Below, in pieces: positions 46,056 to 55,305 of a stretch of DNA of 64,000 bases. The stretch is from Lysobacterales bacterium (GTDB lineage: Bacteria > Pseudomonadota > Gammaproteobacteria > Xanthomonadales > SZUA-5), in assembly GCA_022844165.1 (NCBI GenBank), contig JALHMH010000005.1:32001-96000 (forward strand). The letters run 5' to 3'. A program made the position numbers and the translations under genes. Position 1 is the stretch's first letter. Every line of letters starts with the position of its first letter. The notes beneath the pieces were generated by a model. The model was not told the origin of the DNA. It worked only from the letters and a program-made list of their open reading frames with translations, and searched no databases.

Positions 46056-47098
46056 GCGAACGCACCGCGCAGTTTTTCCACGTCCGGAGCCATGACCACT
46101 CCGCGTTCGGTGACAATGGCGTCGATCAATCGCGCGGGGGTGACGTCGAATACTGGATTGAACGCTGTCACACCATGCGCCGCAATCTGCTGTCCGGCAT
46201 AGTCGGTAAGCTCTCTTTGATCGCGCTGTTCGACGTGGATTTCACTGCCCTCAAGCGTTCCGAAGTCGACCGTCGAGGTCGGCGCCACCACCATCACGCG
46301 AACCCCAAACTGTCTGGCCGCACACGCCAGACTTAGAGTGCCGATTTTGTTTGCCGTATCGCCATTGGCGCAGATCCGGTCGGCGCCGACAATCACCCAC
46401 TGAACCTGCCCAAGCGACATCACATAGGCGCCCGCGCCATCGGCAATCAGCGCCGCTGGAATGCCATCTTCGAGTAGCTCCCATGCCGTCAGCCGCGCGC
46501 CCTGCAGCCACGGCCGTGTCTCGCCGGCGTACACACGCGCAACGCGGCCATCGGCAAATCCCGCGCGAATAACGCCCAGTGCCGTTCCCAGTCCTGCCGT
46601 CGCCAGCGAACCGGTATTGCAATGCGTCAGAACACCAGATCCCGGCTCAATCAAGCCAGCACCAAGGATCGCCATCGCGTAGTTTGCTGCAAGGTCTTCC
46701 GCTTCAATGGCCTTTGCTTCAACGAGAGCCCGATCAACATCGGGTTGATCGGCCAACGCCGCGCGCATGCGATCCACCGCCCACATCAGATTGACGGCTG
46801 TCGGCCGGGCCGCGCGCAAGTTCTCGGCGGCAGCGATGAACGCCGTTGTTTGCTGACCCGGTGGTAACAACGCACATTCGCGCGCAGCCAAGACCAGGCC
46901 ATAGGCCGCGGCGATGCCGATGGCCGGTGCGCCGCGAACAATCAGCGCCCGAATGGCGTGCGCCACCTCCAAACTCGATGACAAAGCATGCCATTGTGTT
47001 TGCAGCGGCAAAGCTCGTTGATCGAGCAAATGCAGTGCGCCTTCTTGCCAGCGTAGCGCTCGTACGCGATCGAATCCTCGCAAACTGTCACATTGCAT
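46052..47098 (-). CDS. mtnA: S-methyl-5-thioribose-1-phosphate isomerase
   Basis: [62 protein letters not shown]. Confidence 0.95.
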   Translation of the reverse strand: MQCDSLRGFDRVRALRWQEGALHLLDQRALPLQTQWHALSSSLEVAHAIRALIVRGAPAIGIAAAYGLVLAARECALLPPGQQTTAFIAAAENLRAARPTAVNLMWAVDRMRAALADQPDVDRALVEAKAIEAEDLAANYAMAILGAGLIEPGSGVLTHCNTGSLATAGLGTALGVIRAGFADGRVARVYAGETRPWLQGARLTAWELLEDGIPAALIADGAGAYVMSLGQVQWVIVGADRICANGDTANKIGTLSLACAARQFGVRVMVVAPTSTVDFGTLEGSEIHVEQRDQRELTDYAGQQIAAHGVTAFNPVFDVTPARLIDAIVTERGVVMAPDVEKLRGAFA

Positions 47099-47172
47099 CC
47101 TGCACCTCAAAAGATCGACAACGTTTAAAGCGTATTGGTATATCTTTAGGCGATTACGCGTTTGGGGTTGCC

Positions 47173-47952
47173 ATGCGAGCATTTCAGAACGAAGATCGCG
47201 CCAGCCTGCGGCCCGACCATCCTTCGCCGCTCTACCACCAGTTGTACGCTTTGGTGAAGCGCAAAATCGAAGGCGGCGACTTGCGCCAGGGCGCACTGAT
47301 TCCGGCAGAAAAGGATCTCGCCCAGTTCTTCGGCGTTTCGCGCATTACCGTCAAACGTGCGCTGGATGACCTCGAGAGCGAAGGCTACCTGAGCCGCCAT
47401 CGTGGCCGTGGCACGCATGTTACCTACAAATACGAACCGAAAGTGTTACGCGCACCGCTCGACAGCATGCTCGACAGTCTGGCGGTGATGGGGCGCGAAA
47501 CTCAGGTCAAACTGATCGACTTCGCACGCGTCGCGCCGCCACCGTATGTCGTGGACGGTTTGCGCCTGTTGCCCGACCAATGGGTCGATCGCGCGCTGCG
47601 CGTGCGCTCGAGCGACGGCCTGCCATTTGCACACTACACCAGCTGGACCGTGCCGATCGGACCTGGGCTGACTCAGGAAGCACTGCAATCATCAAGTCGT
47701 CTCGACCTGTTTCGGCGCCTGGGCGTGCATCTGAAAGACGTCGATCAGGTGATCAGCGCAATTGCCGCCGACACGACACTCGCACAACGCCTGGTCGTGC
47801 GCGCGGGCGACCCTTTGCTGCAAGTGACACGCATCTCCAGCGATCAACGCGGAAGACCCATCGACTATCTCGTCGGCGTATATCGTCCCGATCGTTTTCA
47901 GTACCACATGAAACTTTCGGCCTCGGATGTACTGGTACGAGGCAAACGATGA
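47173..47952 (+). CDS. GntR-family regulator (HutC/UTRA subfamily)
   Basis: [33 protein letters not shown]-terminal UTRA ending YRPDRF. Confidence 0.92.
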   Translation: MRAFQNEDRASLRPDHPSPLYHQLYALVKRKIEGGDLRQGALIPAEKDLAQFFGVSRITVKRALDDLESEGYLSRHRGRGTHVTYKYEPKVLRAPLDSMLDSLAVMGRETQVKLIDFARVAPPPYVVDGLRLLPDQWVDRALRVRSSDGLPFAHYTSWTVPIGPGLTQEALQSSSRLDLFRRLGVHLKDVDQVISAIAADTTLAQRLVVRAGDPLLQVTRISSDQRGRPIDYLVGVYRPDRFQYHMKLSASDVLVRGKR

Positions 47953-49205
47953 TGACGCTGGCACAGAAGATCATCGCGCGGGCCGCGGGCGTGGCGACGG
48001 TTGCCGATGGAGAAATCGTCACGTGCCAGGTCGACCTGGCCATGATGCACGACTCCGGCGGCCCACGACGCGTCGATGGCAAACTGCGTGAATTGGGCGT
48101 CGGCGTATGGGATCCAGACAAAGTCGTTGTCGTCAGCGATCACTACGTTCCCGCCGTCGACGCCGACAGCGCGGAAATTCTGGCCTTCACACGCGGCTGG
48201 GTCGCCGAGCGCGGCATTCGCCACTTTTACGACATGCGTGGCATTTGTCATGTGGTGCTGCAAGAGCATGGCCATTTGCGGCCGGGCATGTTCGCTGTCG
48301 GCGGCGATTCGCATTCGCCATCGGGTGGTGCCGTAGGCGCCTTCATGGTCGGCATTGGCGCAACGGAAATGGCCGGTGTTCTGGCAACCGGCGAAATCTG
48401 GATTCGAGTGCCGCAAACACTGCGCATCGAACTGACGGACGCCTTGTGTGATGGTGTTTCCAGCAAGGATGTGCTCCTGCATTTGTGCGCAACGCTCGGC
48501 ATGAACAACGACTACCTTTGCATCGAATATGCTGGCAGCGCGATCGCAGACTTTTCGATGCAAGAGCGTTTGACCCTGTGCAACATGGCGGCAGAACTGG
48601 GCGGCAAGACCGGCATCGTGGCACCGGACAGGTGCACTTACGATGCACTTACCGCCATTGGGGTGGAAACTGCGTCGAGCACCCATTGGCGTAGCGACGA
48701 TGGTGCCGCGGCGCGGGTACATCGCGTCGCACTCGGCGAACTCGCACCGCACGTCGCCGCGCCACATAGTCCGGCCAATTCGGCTTCGGTCGAGTCCTTC
48801 GTCGGTACGCGTATCGATCAGGCTTACATCGGCGCCTGCACCGGCGCCAAACTCGAAGATCTGCACATGGCGGCGCGGATGTTGCGCGGCCGGCAAGTGG
48901 CCCGGAGCGTGCGCTTACTGATCGCACCGGCATCGACACAAACCACCGCTCAAGCAGCACGCGACGGCACCCTGCAAATCCTCACGGAAGCTGGGGCAAT
49001 CTTGTTGCCGAGCGGCTGTGGCGCGTGCGCCGGACTGGGTGCGGGTGTGTTGGCGAAGAACGAAGTCTGCATTGCATCGACCGCACGCAATTTTAAGGGC
49101 CGCATGGGCTCGGCCGAGAGCCGCGTCTATCTGGGCTCACCATTCACTGTCGCAGCGTCAGCGCTCGCCGGCGCCATCGCCGATCCACGGGAATTGCTGC
49201 GGTGA
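47949..49205 (+). CDS. Aconitase-superfamily hydro-lyase large subunit (LeuC/HacA-like)
   Basis: TLAQKI, HDS, DH, GICH, GDSHS, CNMAAE, IGACT, CGACAG, RNFKGRMG. Confidence 0.9.
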   Translation: MMTLAQKIIARAAGVATVADGEIVTCQVDLAMMHDSGGPRRVDGKLRELGVGVWDPDKVVVVSDHYVPAVDADSAEILAFTRGWVAERGIRHFYDMRGICHVVLQEHGHLRPGMFAVGGDSHSPSGGAVGAFMVGIGATEMAGVLATGEIWIRVPQTLRIELTDALCDGVSSKDVLLHLCATLGMNNDYLCIEYAGSAIADFSMQERLTLCNMAAELGGKTGIVAPDRCTYDALTAIGVETASSTHWRSDDGAAARVHRVALGELAPHVAAPHSPANSASVESFVGTRIDQAYIGACTGAKLEDLHMAARMLRGRQVARSVRLLIAPASTQTTAQAARDGTLQILTEAGAILLPSGCGACAGLGAGVLAKNEVCIASTARNFKGRMGSAESRVYLGSPFTVAASALAGAIADPRELLR

Positions 49206-49705
49206 TCCGCGGTCGCGCCTTTGTATACGGCGATCAGATCGATACCGATGTGCTCGCCCCGGGCGCCTACATGAAGCGGCCGATCGCAGAGTTGGCGCAG
49301 CACTGCCTGGCGGCAATCGACCCCGACTTCGCAGTGTCAGTCGTGCGCGGAGACGTGATCGTCGCCGGATACGGGTTCGGTATTGGTTCCTCGCGCGAGC
49401 AGGCAGCGCAGGCTCTGGTGCAGCTCGGCGTTGGCTGCGTGCTCGCCAAATCCTTCGCGCGAATCTTCTATCGCAACGCGCTAAATCTGGGGCTACCAGT
49501 GCTGGTGCTCGATAGCGAGCACAGCATTCAACGCGGCGAGCGCCTCGAAGTTCAACTTGAAACGGGGCGCGTGAAGTTGATCGACAAGAGTATCGAACTT
49601 CACGCGCAGCCCATTCCGGCGTTTTTGCAAACTCTGTTGGCCGACGGGGGCCTCATCCCGCACCTGAAAAAGCGCTTCGCGTCGGCGCAGAACTACCAGC
49701 GATAG
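49202..49705 (+). CDS. Hydro-lyase small subunit (LeuD/HacB-like)
   Basis: DQIDTD, FGIGSSREQA, SFARIFYRNALNLG, GGL. Confidence 0.9.
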   Translation: MIRGRAFVYGDQIDTDVLAPGAYMKRPIAELAQHCLAAIDPDFAVSVVRGDVIVAGYGFGIGSSREQAAQALVQLGVGCVLAKSFARIFYRNALNLGLPVLVLDSEHSIQRGERLEVQLETGRVKLIDKSIELHAQPIPAFLQTLLADGGLIPHLKKRFASAQNYQR

Positions 49706-51183
49706 CGTACCGTGTAGCGCACTTTGCTTGTACCATCTGCAGGTATGGACAGGTTGAAATCCATTGTCTGCGCGTCGCGTTTGTCGCCCTTGTGCGAAGT
49801 CTGCACGATCTCCCAACCGCTCCAGCGATAGAAGTACTCGCGCACAACCACCTCAGCGGGTGTCTTCTTGCGGTTCCGGACCTCGATCTCGAAGGTCTCA
49901 GTGATCGTGCGACCGCCGCTGTCCAGGTTAAAATCAACTTGTTTGCGCTCACCAACGATATCGAACGACGTACCGAGCTTGATGCGCAGCTTCTCATTGC
50001 GCGGCGTGTGCGCGATCGCGTCTTCGCCGATAAATTCCAACGAGCCGTCGGCAGCCGCCTGGTTCACGCGAATGCGTCCGGCCGGCAGTGGCATACCCAT
50101 TTTGTTTTCGGCCCGATTCTGGAACTCCAGGAACGCGCCCACCTCACCCTTGTGCGTAGCACCGAGCCCCTGGTCCATATTCGGGCCGCCGCCCCAGAGC
50201 GGATAGTTGAACGGGCTTGAAGTGAACACCAGTTGTTTCTTGCAGCCTACGCCGACGGAGGCTGGAAAAAGCTCGAGCTGCTTGGTGGAATTCTCCGGCA
50301 AATCGCTGCGGCGCCCGAGCGTGTAAAGGTGATACTCGAACAACTCCGATTCCTGGAAGCCTTCGTCTTCTGGTGCCGCCATTGCAACCATTTTTTCCAT
50401 GCGCATCCCGCCCGGCGCAGGCGCGGCTGGCGCCCGGTTCACTTCCCCAGCAACCAGTTTCAGTTTCGCCTGGGGATAACTGGCGCCAGACTGATTCACA
50501 ATCGTCACCCAGGCCGCCAGATCCATCGTGCATCCGCCCTCGCGTTCGTTGAGCGTGACGTTGTAATCCGCCCACCAGGTCATGCCGCGGGTTTGGTAGG
50601 CGACTTGCGCATCGTGCTCGCCACCGCGAGCGCTGTCGGTCAACCAAACAAGCGTTGGGCGGGTGATCAAACCGCCCGGCAGCGAGGGGAACCGCACATG
50701 ATCGTATCGCGTTAGCGAACTGACTTCGCCGGACTCCGATTGCAGCAAGATGGCACCCTTCGTGCCGAGCAGTGTACCGTTGATCCGTTCGATTTCCGTG
50801 CCGTTGGCGCGTTCGACAGTGATCGTCTGGCCGATGTACTTGTCCATCAGCTTCTCGGCGCTGACCAGATCGAACTGAAAGTTCTGCTCGAGTACGCGCG
50901 TGCCATTCGGATCGGTCAGCGACGCAAAACTGACGGTTGTGGCATCGATCAACTTGGCAACATCGGTGAATCGGACTTCTCCCCTGCCCTGCGGCACCGC
51001 CATGGTTCGCCGATCGCGGACCAAAGCGTAACCTGGCAACCCGGTGGCACCGTAGTTGGCGAGCGCATTGACATCCACCTGACCCGGTCGCGCCGAGCTG
51101 TAAATGGTCAATGTGTAATCGGGGCTTGCTGCATTAGATGCTGAGGTCATGGCCATGGCGATTGCAAGAGAGAGGGTGCGCAT
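49693..51183 (-). CDS. Secreted DUF4139-domain protein
   Basis: Signal peptide; LTIY, ALVRDRR, VLEQNFQFDL, WWADY, LFEYHLY, LGMPLPAG-like GMPLPAGRIRV, FIGED.I.HTP. Confidence 0.85.
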   Translation of the reverse strand: MRTLSLAIAMAMTSASNAASPDYTLTIYSSARPGQVDVNALANYGATGLPGYALVRDRRTMAVPQGRGEVRFTDVAKLIDATTVSFASLTDPNGTRVLEQNFQFDLVSAEKLMDKYIGQTITVERANGTEIERINGTLLGTKGAILLQSESGEVSSLTRYDHVRFPSLPGGLITRPTLVWLTDSARGGEHDAQVAYQTRGMTWWADYNVTLNEREGGCTMDLAAWVTIVNQSGASYPQAKLKLVAGEVNRAPAAPAPGGMRMEKMVAMAAPEDEGFQESELFEYHLYTLGRRSDLPENSTKQLELFPASVGVGCKKQLVFTSSPFNYPLWGGGPNMDQGLGATHKGEVGAFLEFQNRAENKMGMPLPAGRIRVNQAAADGSLEFIGEDAIAHTPRNEKLRIKLGTSFDIVGERKQVDFNLDSGGRTITETFEIEVRNRKKTPAEVVVREYFYRWSGWEIVQTSHKGDKRDAQTMDFNLSIPADGTSKVRYTVRYRW

Positions 51184-51268
51184 AATGATTTCCTGGTCGG
51201 TGACTCCATGTTAGAACGAATAGAGCGGCAAATTGGGGTTAGATTTCGCACCACTCGGCCAATGCAGG

Positions 51269-53815
51269 TTAGAGCCGTGGATCGATAGGCTCGCTTTCGA
51301 GCGCCAACACACCGAACACGCACTCATGCACGCGATACAGCGGCTCGCGATCGACGAATCGGTGTAGCGCCTCCAATCCCAGCGCAAATTCGCGCGCCGC
51401 GAGCGAACGTTTGCCGCTGACCGCACGCACGCGCAGCGCCTCCAGTTGCGCAGGTTCGGTGTATGTGGGCCCGTAGATGATGCGCAAGTATTCGCGGCCG
51501 CGGCATTTGATGGCTGGCTGCAGCAGCAGCCCCTTGCGATCGCGAACCACGGACTCGACCGGCTTTACGACCATGCCTTCGGCACTCTTTTCTGTGATCG
51601 AATGCCACCAGTCGCTGGCTTCGCGCTCGCTTGATGGATCGCCAAGTTCGACCCAGCGTCGGTCGGTCGCCACCAGACCGATGGGATTCACCGCACACAA
51701 TGCATCGAGTACGTCCAATTGCCAACGATGGCTTTTCGCCAAACCGACCTGTCCCTCGATCGCCAGCACATGGAACGGCGCGATCTTCAAGTCGCCCGGA
51801 TTGTTCACCGTCCAGCAGTAACGATGATATGCGTCAATGTAAAGCCCGACCAATTGGCCGCGAGTCGCGTACTTCGCTGCGAGGTCGGCGATGTCGACAC
51901 CGCGCTCCAGCGCTTGCGTCAACAAGGCATTAGCGGCACCCAGTGCCGCAGCGCCGGCCGCGCCAGTCGGTGCGTATTGCAGCCGCAACAGCTCTTCGGC
52001 CTTCGCCGACCACGGCAACAACTCGGCATCCAGCACGATCCATTCGCTCTGCAACCTGGCCCACAATCCAGCGGCCGTCATCGCTTCGTCAAGCCGATCG
52101 AGCAACGCGTTTTCGACCGTTCGGTCCTTGAAAAAGCGTCGACCGGTGCGCGTGACGATGACGCCGCGACCATCGTTTTCGATTTGAAACCGTGCCGACG
52201 CGGTGTGCGTATCGCGACACAGCACGATCACGGCGCGCGAGCCCATGTGCTTTTCCTGGCACACCAACTCACGCACGCCTTGACCACGAAAGTAGCCGAA
52301 GGCTTCTTCTGGCCGTTCCAGCAGATCGCCTTCTGGCGCCGTGGCCGGTGGCGACATCGTCGGCGGCAAATACACCAGCCAGCGCGGATCGACAGCGAAT
52401 CGACTCATCACCTCGAGCGCTGCGCGCGCATTTTCTTCCTGCACCGTAATGCGCCGCCCGAAACGGGTTTCGACCGATCGTTTGCCGAGTACATCGTCGA
52501 TATCGAGCGTCAGCCCAGCACGCAGTTGCGTGAGCGCTGCGAGTGGTTTGATCGGTGCGTAGTGCACCTTTTCAGCAGGCACCGCAATGATCTCGCGCTC
52601 GGGATAGCGTAGGGCCGTCAACTCCCCGCCGAACACACAACCGGTGTCGATACAGATCGTGCGGTTGATCCACTCCGCATGCAGAACGGGCGTGTGCCCG
52701 TACACCACCATCGCCTTGCCACGATAGTCGTTGGCCCATTGGTAGCGCACCGGCAAGCCGTACTCGTCGGTCTCGCCGGTGGTTTCGCCATACAGTGCAA
52801 ACTCGCGGACAGCGCCGGACGTGCGCCCTTGCAGACTCTCTTTGAGGCCTGCGTGGGCGACAACAAGCTTGCCTTCATCGAGCACAAAATGGCTGACGAG
52901 GCCGTCGATGAACTCGCGCGCCTGGATCTTGAACTCAGCAGGTTCGGATTCGATTTGCTCAAGCGTCTCGGCGATGCCATGCGTCAGGCTGACCTGGCGA
53001 CCGGCCAGTTTGCGCATCAGCTTGATATCGTGATTGCCAGGCACGCACAGCGCGCTGCCTTGTTCGACCATGGCCATGACCAGATACAAAACGCCCGGCG
53101 AATCCGGGCCCCGATCCACCAGATCGCCTAGAAACAGCGCGCGACGCCCCGGTGGCGCTTGCACCTGTGGCGCCTCGCGGGTGCCACCGATCGCATAACC
53201 GAGTTTGTCGAGCAAGGTCTTGAGCTCGCTCAAGCAGCCGTGTACATCGCCAATCAGATCGAAGGGCCCCTGGTCGTGACGCTTATCGTTCCAAAGCCGT
53301 GTACGCTGTACAACCGCACGCGCCACATCGTCGACCCGTTTGAGCACCGTGACGTGTCGAAAACCCTCGCGCTCCAGACCCCGCATCGAACGGTGCAAAG
53401 CTTGCACCTGGCCGCGAATCACATGCGCGCCAAACTGGCGGTCAGGCCGGGTTTGATTGCGCTCATGGTAGAGCGCCTCCGGCAAATCGAAGACGATCGC
53501 CACTGGCAATACATGATGCTGTTTGGCCAAGGTCACCAGATGCTTGCGATCATCGCTGCGCACGTTGGTGGCATCGACCACGGTGAGCAATCCTGCCGCC
53601 AGGCGTTTGGCGGCAATGAAATACAGCACGTCAAAAGCATCTTTGGTCGCAGCCTGATCGTTTTCGTCGTCGCTCACCAACCCCCGGCAGACGTCTGACG
53701 ACAAGACTTCAGTGGTTTTGAAATGGCTGCGCGCGAAGGTGCTCTTGCCGGCGCCGGATGGGCCGATCAGCACCACCAGACATAGCGCTGGAACGTCAAT
53801 GGTCAGTGCGGTCAT
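51269..53815 (-). CDS. pnkp: Bacterial polynucleotide kinase-phosphatase-ligase (Pnkp)
   Basis: Kinase GPSGAGKST; metallophosphoesterase GDVHG, GDLVDRG, GNHD; ligase QEKHMGSR, EGMVVKP, IKCRG. Confidence 0.95.
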   Translation of the reverse strand: MTALTIDVPALCLVVLIGPSGAGKSTFARSHFKTTEVLSSDVCRGLVSDDENDQAATKDAFDVLYFIAAKRLAAGLLTVVDATNVRSDDRKHLVTLAKQHHVLPVAIVFDLPEALYHERNQTRPDRQFGAHVIRGQVQALHRSMRGLEREGFRHVTVLKRVDDVARAVVQRTRLWNDKRHDQGPFDLIGDVHGCLSELKTLLDKLGYAIGGTREAPQVQAPPGRRALFLGDLVDRGPDSPGVLYLVMAMVEQGSALCVPGNHDIKLMRKLAGRQVSLTHGIAETLEQIESEPAEFKIQAREFIDGLVSHFVLDEGKLVVAHAGLKESLQGRTSGAVREFALYGETTGETDEYGLPVRYQWANDYRGKAMVVYGHTPVLHAEWINRTICIDTGCVFGGELTALRYPEREIIAVPAEKVHYAPIKPLAALTQLRAGLTLDIDDVLGKRSVETRFGRRITVQEENARAALEVMSRFAVDPRWLVYLPPTMSPPATAPEGDLLERPEEAFGYFRGQGVRELVCQEKHMGSRAVIVLCRDTHTASARFQIENDGRGVIVTRTGRRFFKDRTVENALLDRLDEAMTAAGLWARLQSEWIVLDAELLPWSAKAEELLRLQYAPTGAAGAAALGAANALLTQALERGVDIADLAAKYATRGQLVGLYIDAYHRYCWTVNNPGDLKIAPFHVLAIEGQVGLAKSHRWQLDVLDALCAVNPIGLVATDRRWVELGDPSSEREASDWWHSITEKSAEGMVVKPVESVVRDRKGLLLQPAIKCRGREYLRIIYGPTYTEPAQLEALRVRAVSGKRSLAAREFALGLEALHRFVDREPLYRVHECVFGVLALESEPIDPRL

Positions 53816-55200
53816 GGCAGCTCCCGCTTCTTGAAGACCGCCATCTGGGTAGGCGTCCCTAACGTGGCATCGACGTTGCCGATACCGCGCAGTTGCACGT
53901 CGTAGTCGTAGCGATCGGCCACTTCAGCAGACCACGCAGCGAATTCGGCACGTGTCCACTCGAAGCGATGATCGCCATGGCGGAAGGTGCCGGGCCTTAG
54001 CGCTTCGAACAGTACGTTGTAGTCGGCATTGGGCGTGGTCACAACGACCAATGGCGATGCCGCATGGCCGAAGAGGTTGGCCTGCACAGCCTCCAGGCGT
54101 TCTGCATCAATGTGTTCGACGACCTCCACAGCAACTACCGCATCGAAGCCTCTCAGCGCATCATCGCGATAGGTCAGGCTCGACTGTTTGAGTTCGATTC
54201 GCGCACGTTGCAGCGCCGGCAAACGGTCGAGTTTCAGCCGATCGGCGGCGCGTTCCAGCGCAACGCACGACACATCGACGCCGAGCAGTTTGTCGAAACG
54301 GCGCTCTTCCATCAGCAGCGCTAACAGCCGCCCTTCGCCGCAGCCCACATCGACGACCGAATGCGCGCCGCGTTCGACCAGTACTTCGAGAACGGCGCGC
54401 AAACGCTGCTCGTTCAACGACAACGGACGTTCGATGTTCGCCTCGCGTTCGTCGCGCTGCTGATCGGCAGTCTCGGCATCGTCCTCATCCTCGAGTATCA
54501 ACTGCGACAAGGCCTCGCGCACCAGCGATCGACGTTGCTTCAGATAGCGCGACGTAATCCACTCGCGCTCCGGGTGCGCAGCCAGCCACGGCCCGGCGTG
54601 ATCGACCAGTTTTTGCACCTCATCGCTACCGACGTAGTAATGCTTGTCGCCATCCAATGCCGGCAGCAACACGTATAGATGCGACAACACTCCGGACAGT
54701 TTCAGCGTGCCGGCCAGGCGCAAAGCGATGTACGGGGAAGCACCCCATTCGGGGAACTTCGAATCGAGCGGCAGAGCCTCAATCGTTACCGTGTCGTAAC
54801 CGAGCGGCGCCAGCACCGCCTCGATCCTGGCTCGACCAGCACGACAGCGCAGCACCGGCACGTTGACCTCCAATGGAATCGCTGTGTGCGCCAGTTCGGG
54901 ACGCTCTTTGGATTCGCCGCGACGCAAAATCCGCGCAATCGCTACGGCCATGAACGACGCGGCGACAAAGGGCCGATCGTTCACATAGTGTCCGATGGTC
55001 TCGCCGCGACCACGCACCAACGCCACCGGGTCAATATCCAGCAGCAGCGCCACAGTGCAGCGCTCGGCATTTGCTTCAGGATAAAACACGTGCGCCTGTC
55101 CAACGGTTAACTCGAACGATTGCGCGCGCGCAGGATTTTTGCCGATCAGATAACCCAGATCGGTTGCCGGTTGGTGAGTCGTGGTGAGCGTTATGAGCAC
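53812..55200 (-). CDS. hen1: RNA 3'-terminal ribose 2'-O-methyltransferase Hen1
   Basis: GTG start 55200: LITLTTTHQPATDLGYL; KHYYVG; DVGCGEG, EVVEH, RHGDHRFEWTR; stop overlaps the pnkp start. Confidence 0.95.
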   Translation of the reverse strand: MLITLTTTHQPATDLGYLIGKNPARAQSFELTVGQAHVFYPEANAERCTVALLLDIDPVALVRGRGETIGHYVNDRPFVAASFMAVAIARILRRGESKERPELAHTAIPLEVNVPVLRCRAGRARIEAVLAPLGYDTVTIEALPLDSKFPEWGASPYIALRLAGTLKLSGVLSHLYVLLPALDGDKHYYVGSDEVQKLVDHAGPWLAAHPEREWITSRYLKQRRSLVREALSQLILEDEDDAETADQQRDEREANIERPLSLNEQRLRAVLEVLVERGAHSVVDVGCGEGRLLALLMEERRFDKLLGVDVSCVALERAADRLKLDRLPALQRARIELKQSSLTYRDDALRGFDAVVAVEVVEHIDAERLEAVQANLFGHAASPLVVVTTPNADYNVLFEALRPGTFRHGDHRFEWTRAEFAAWSAEVADRYDYDVQLRGIGNVDATLGTPTQMAVFKKRELP

Positions 55201-55305
55201 GAGCTTCGACCTGAATGGACCTGATTGAAAGCAATAGTCCGCGCACCATGGCGCGACCGTTCTGAGCAAGCTACCATCTCGCGGTCGCCAAGCCGAGCAA
55301 CGCAG

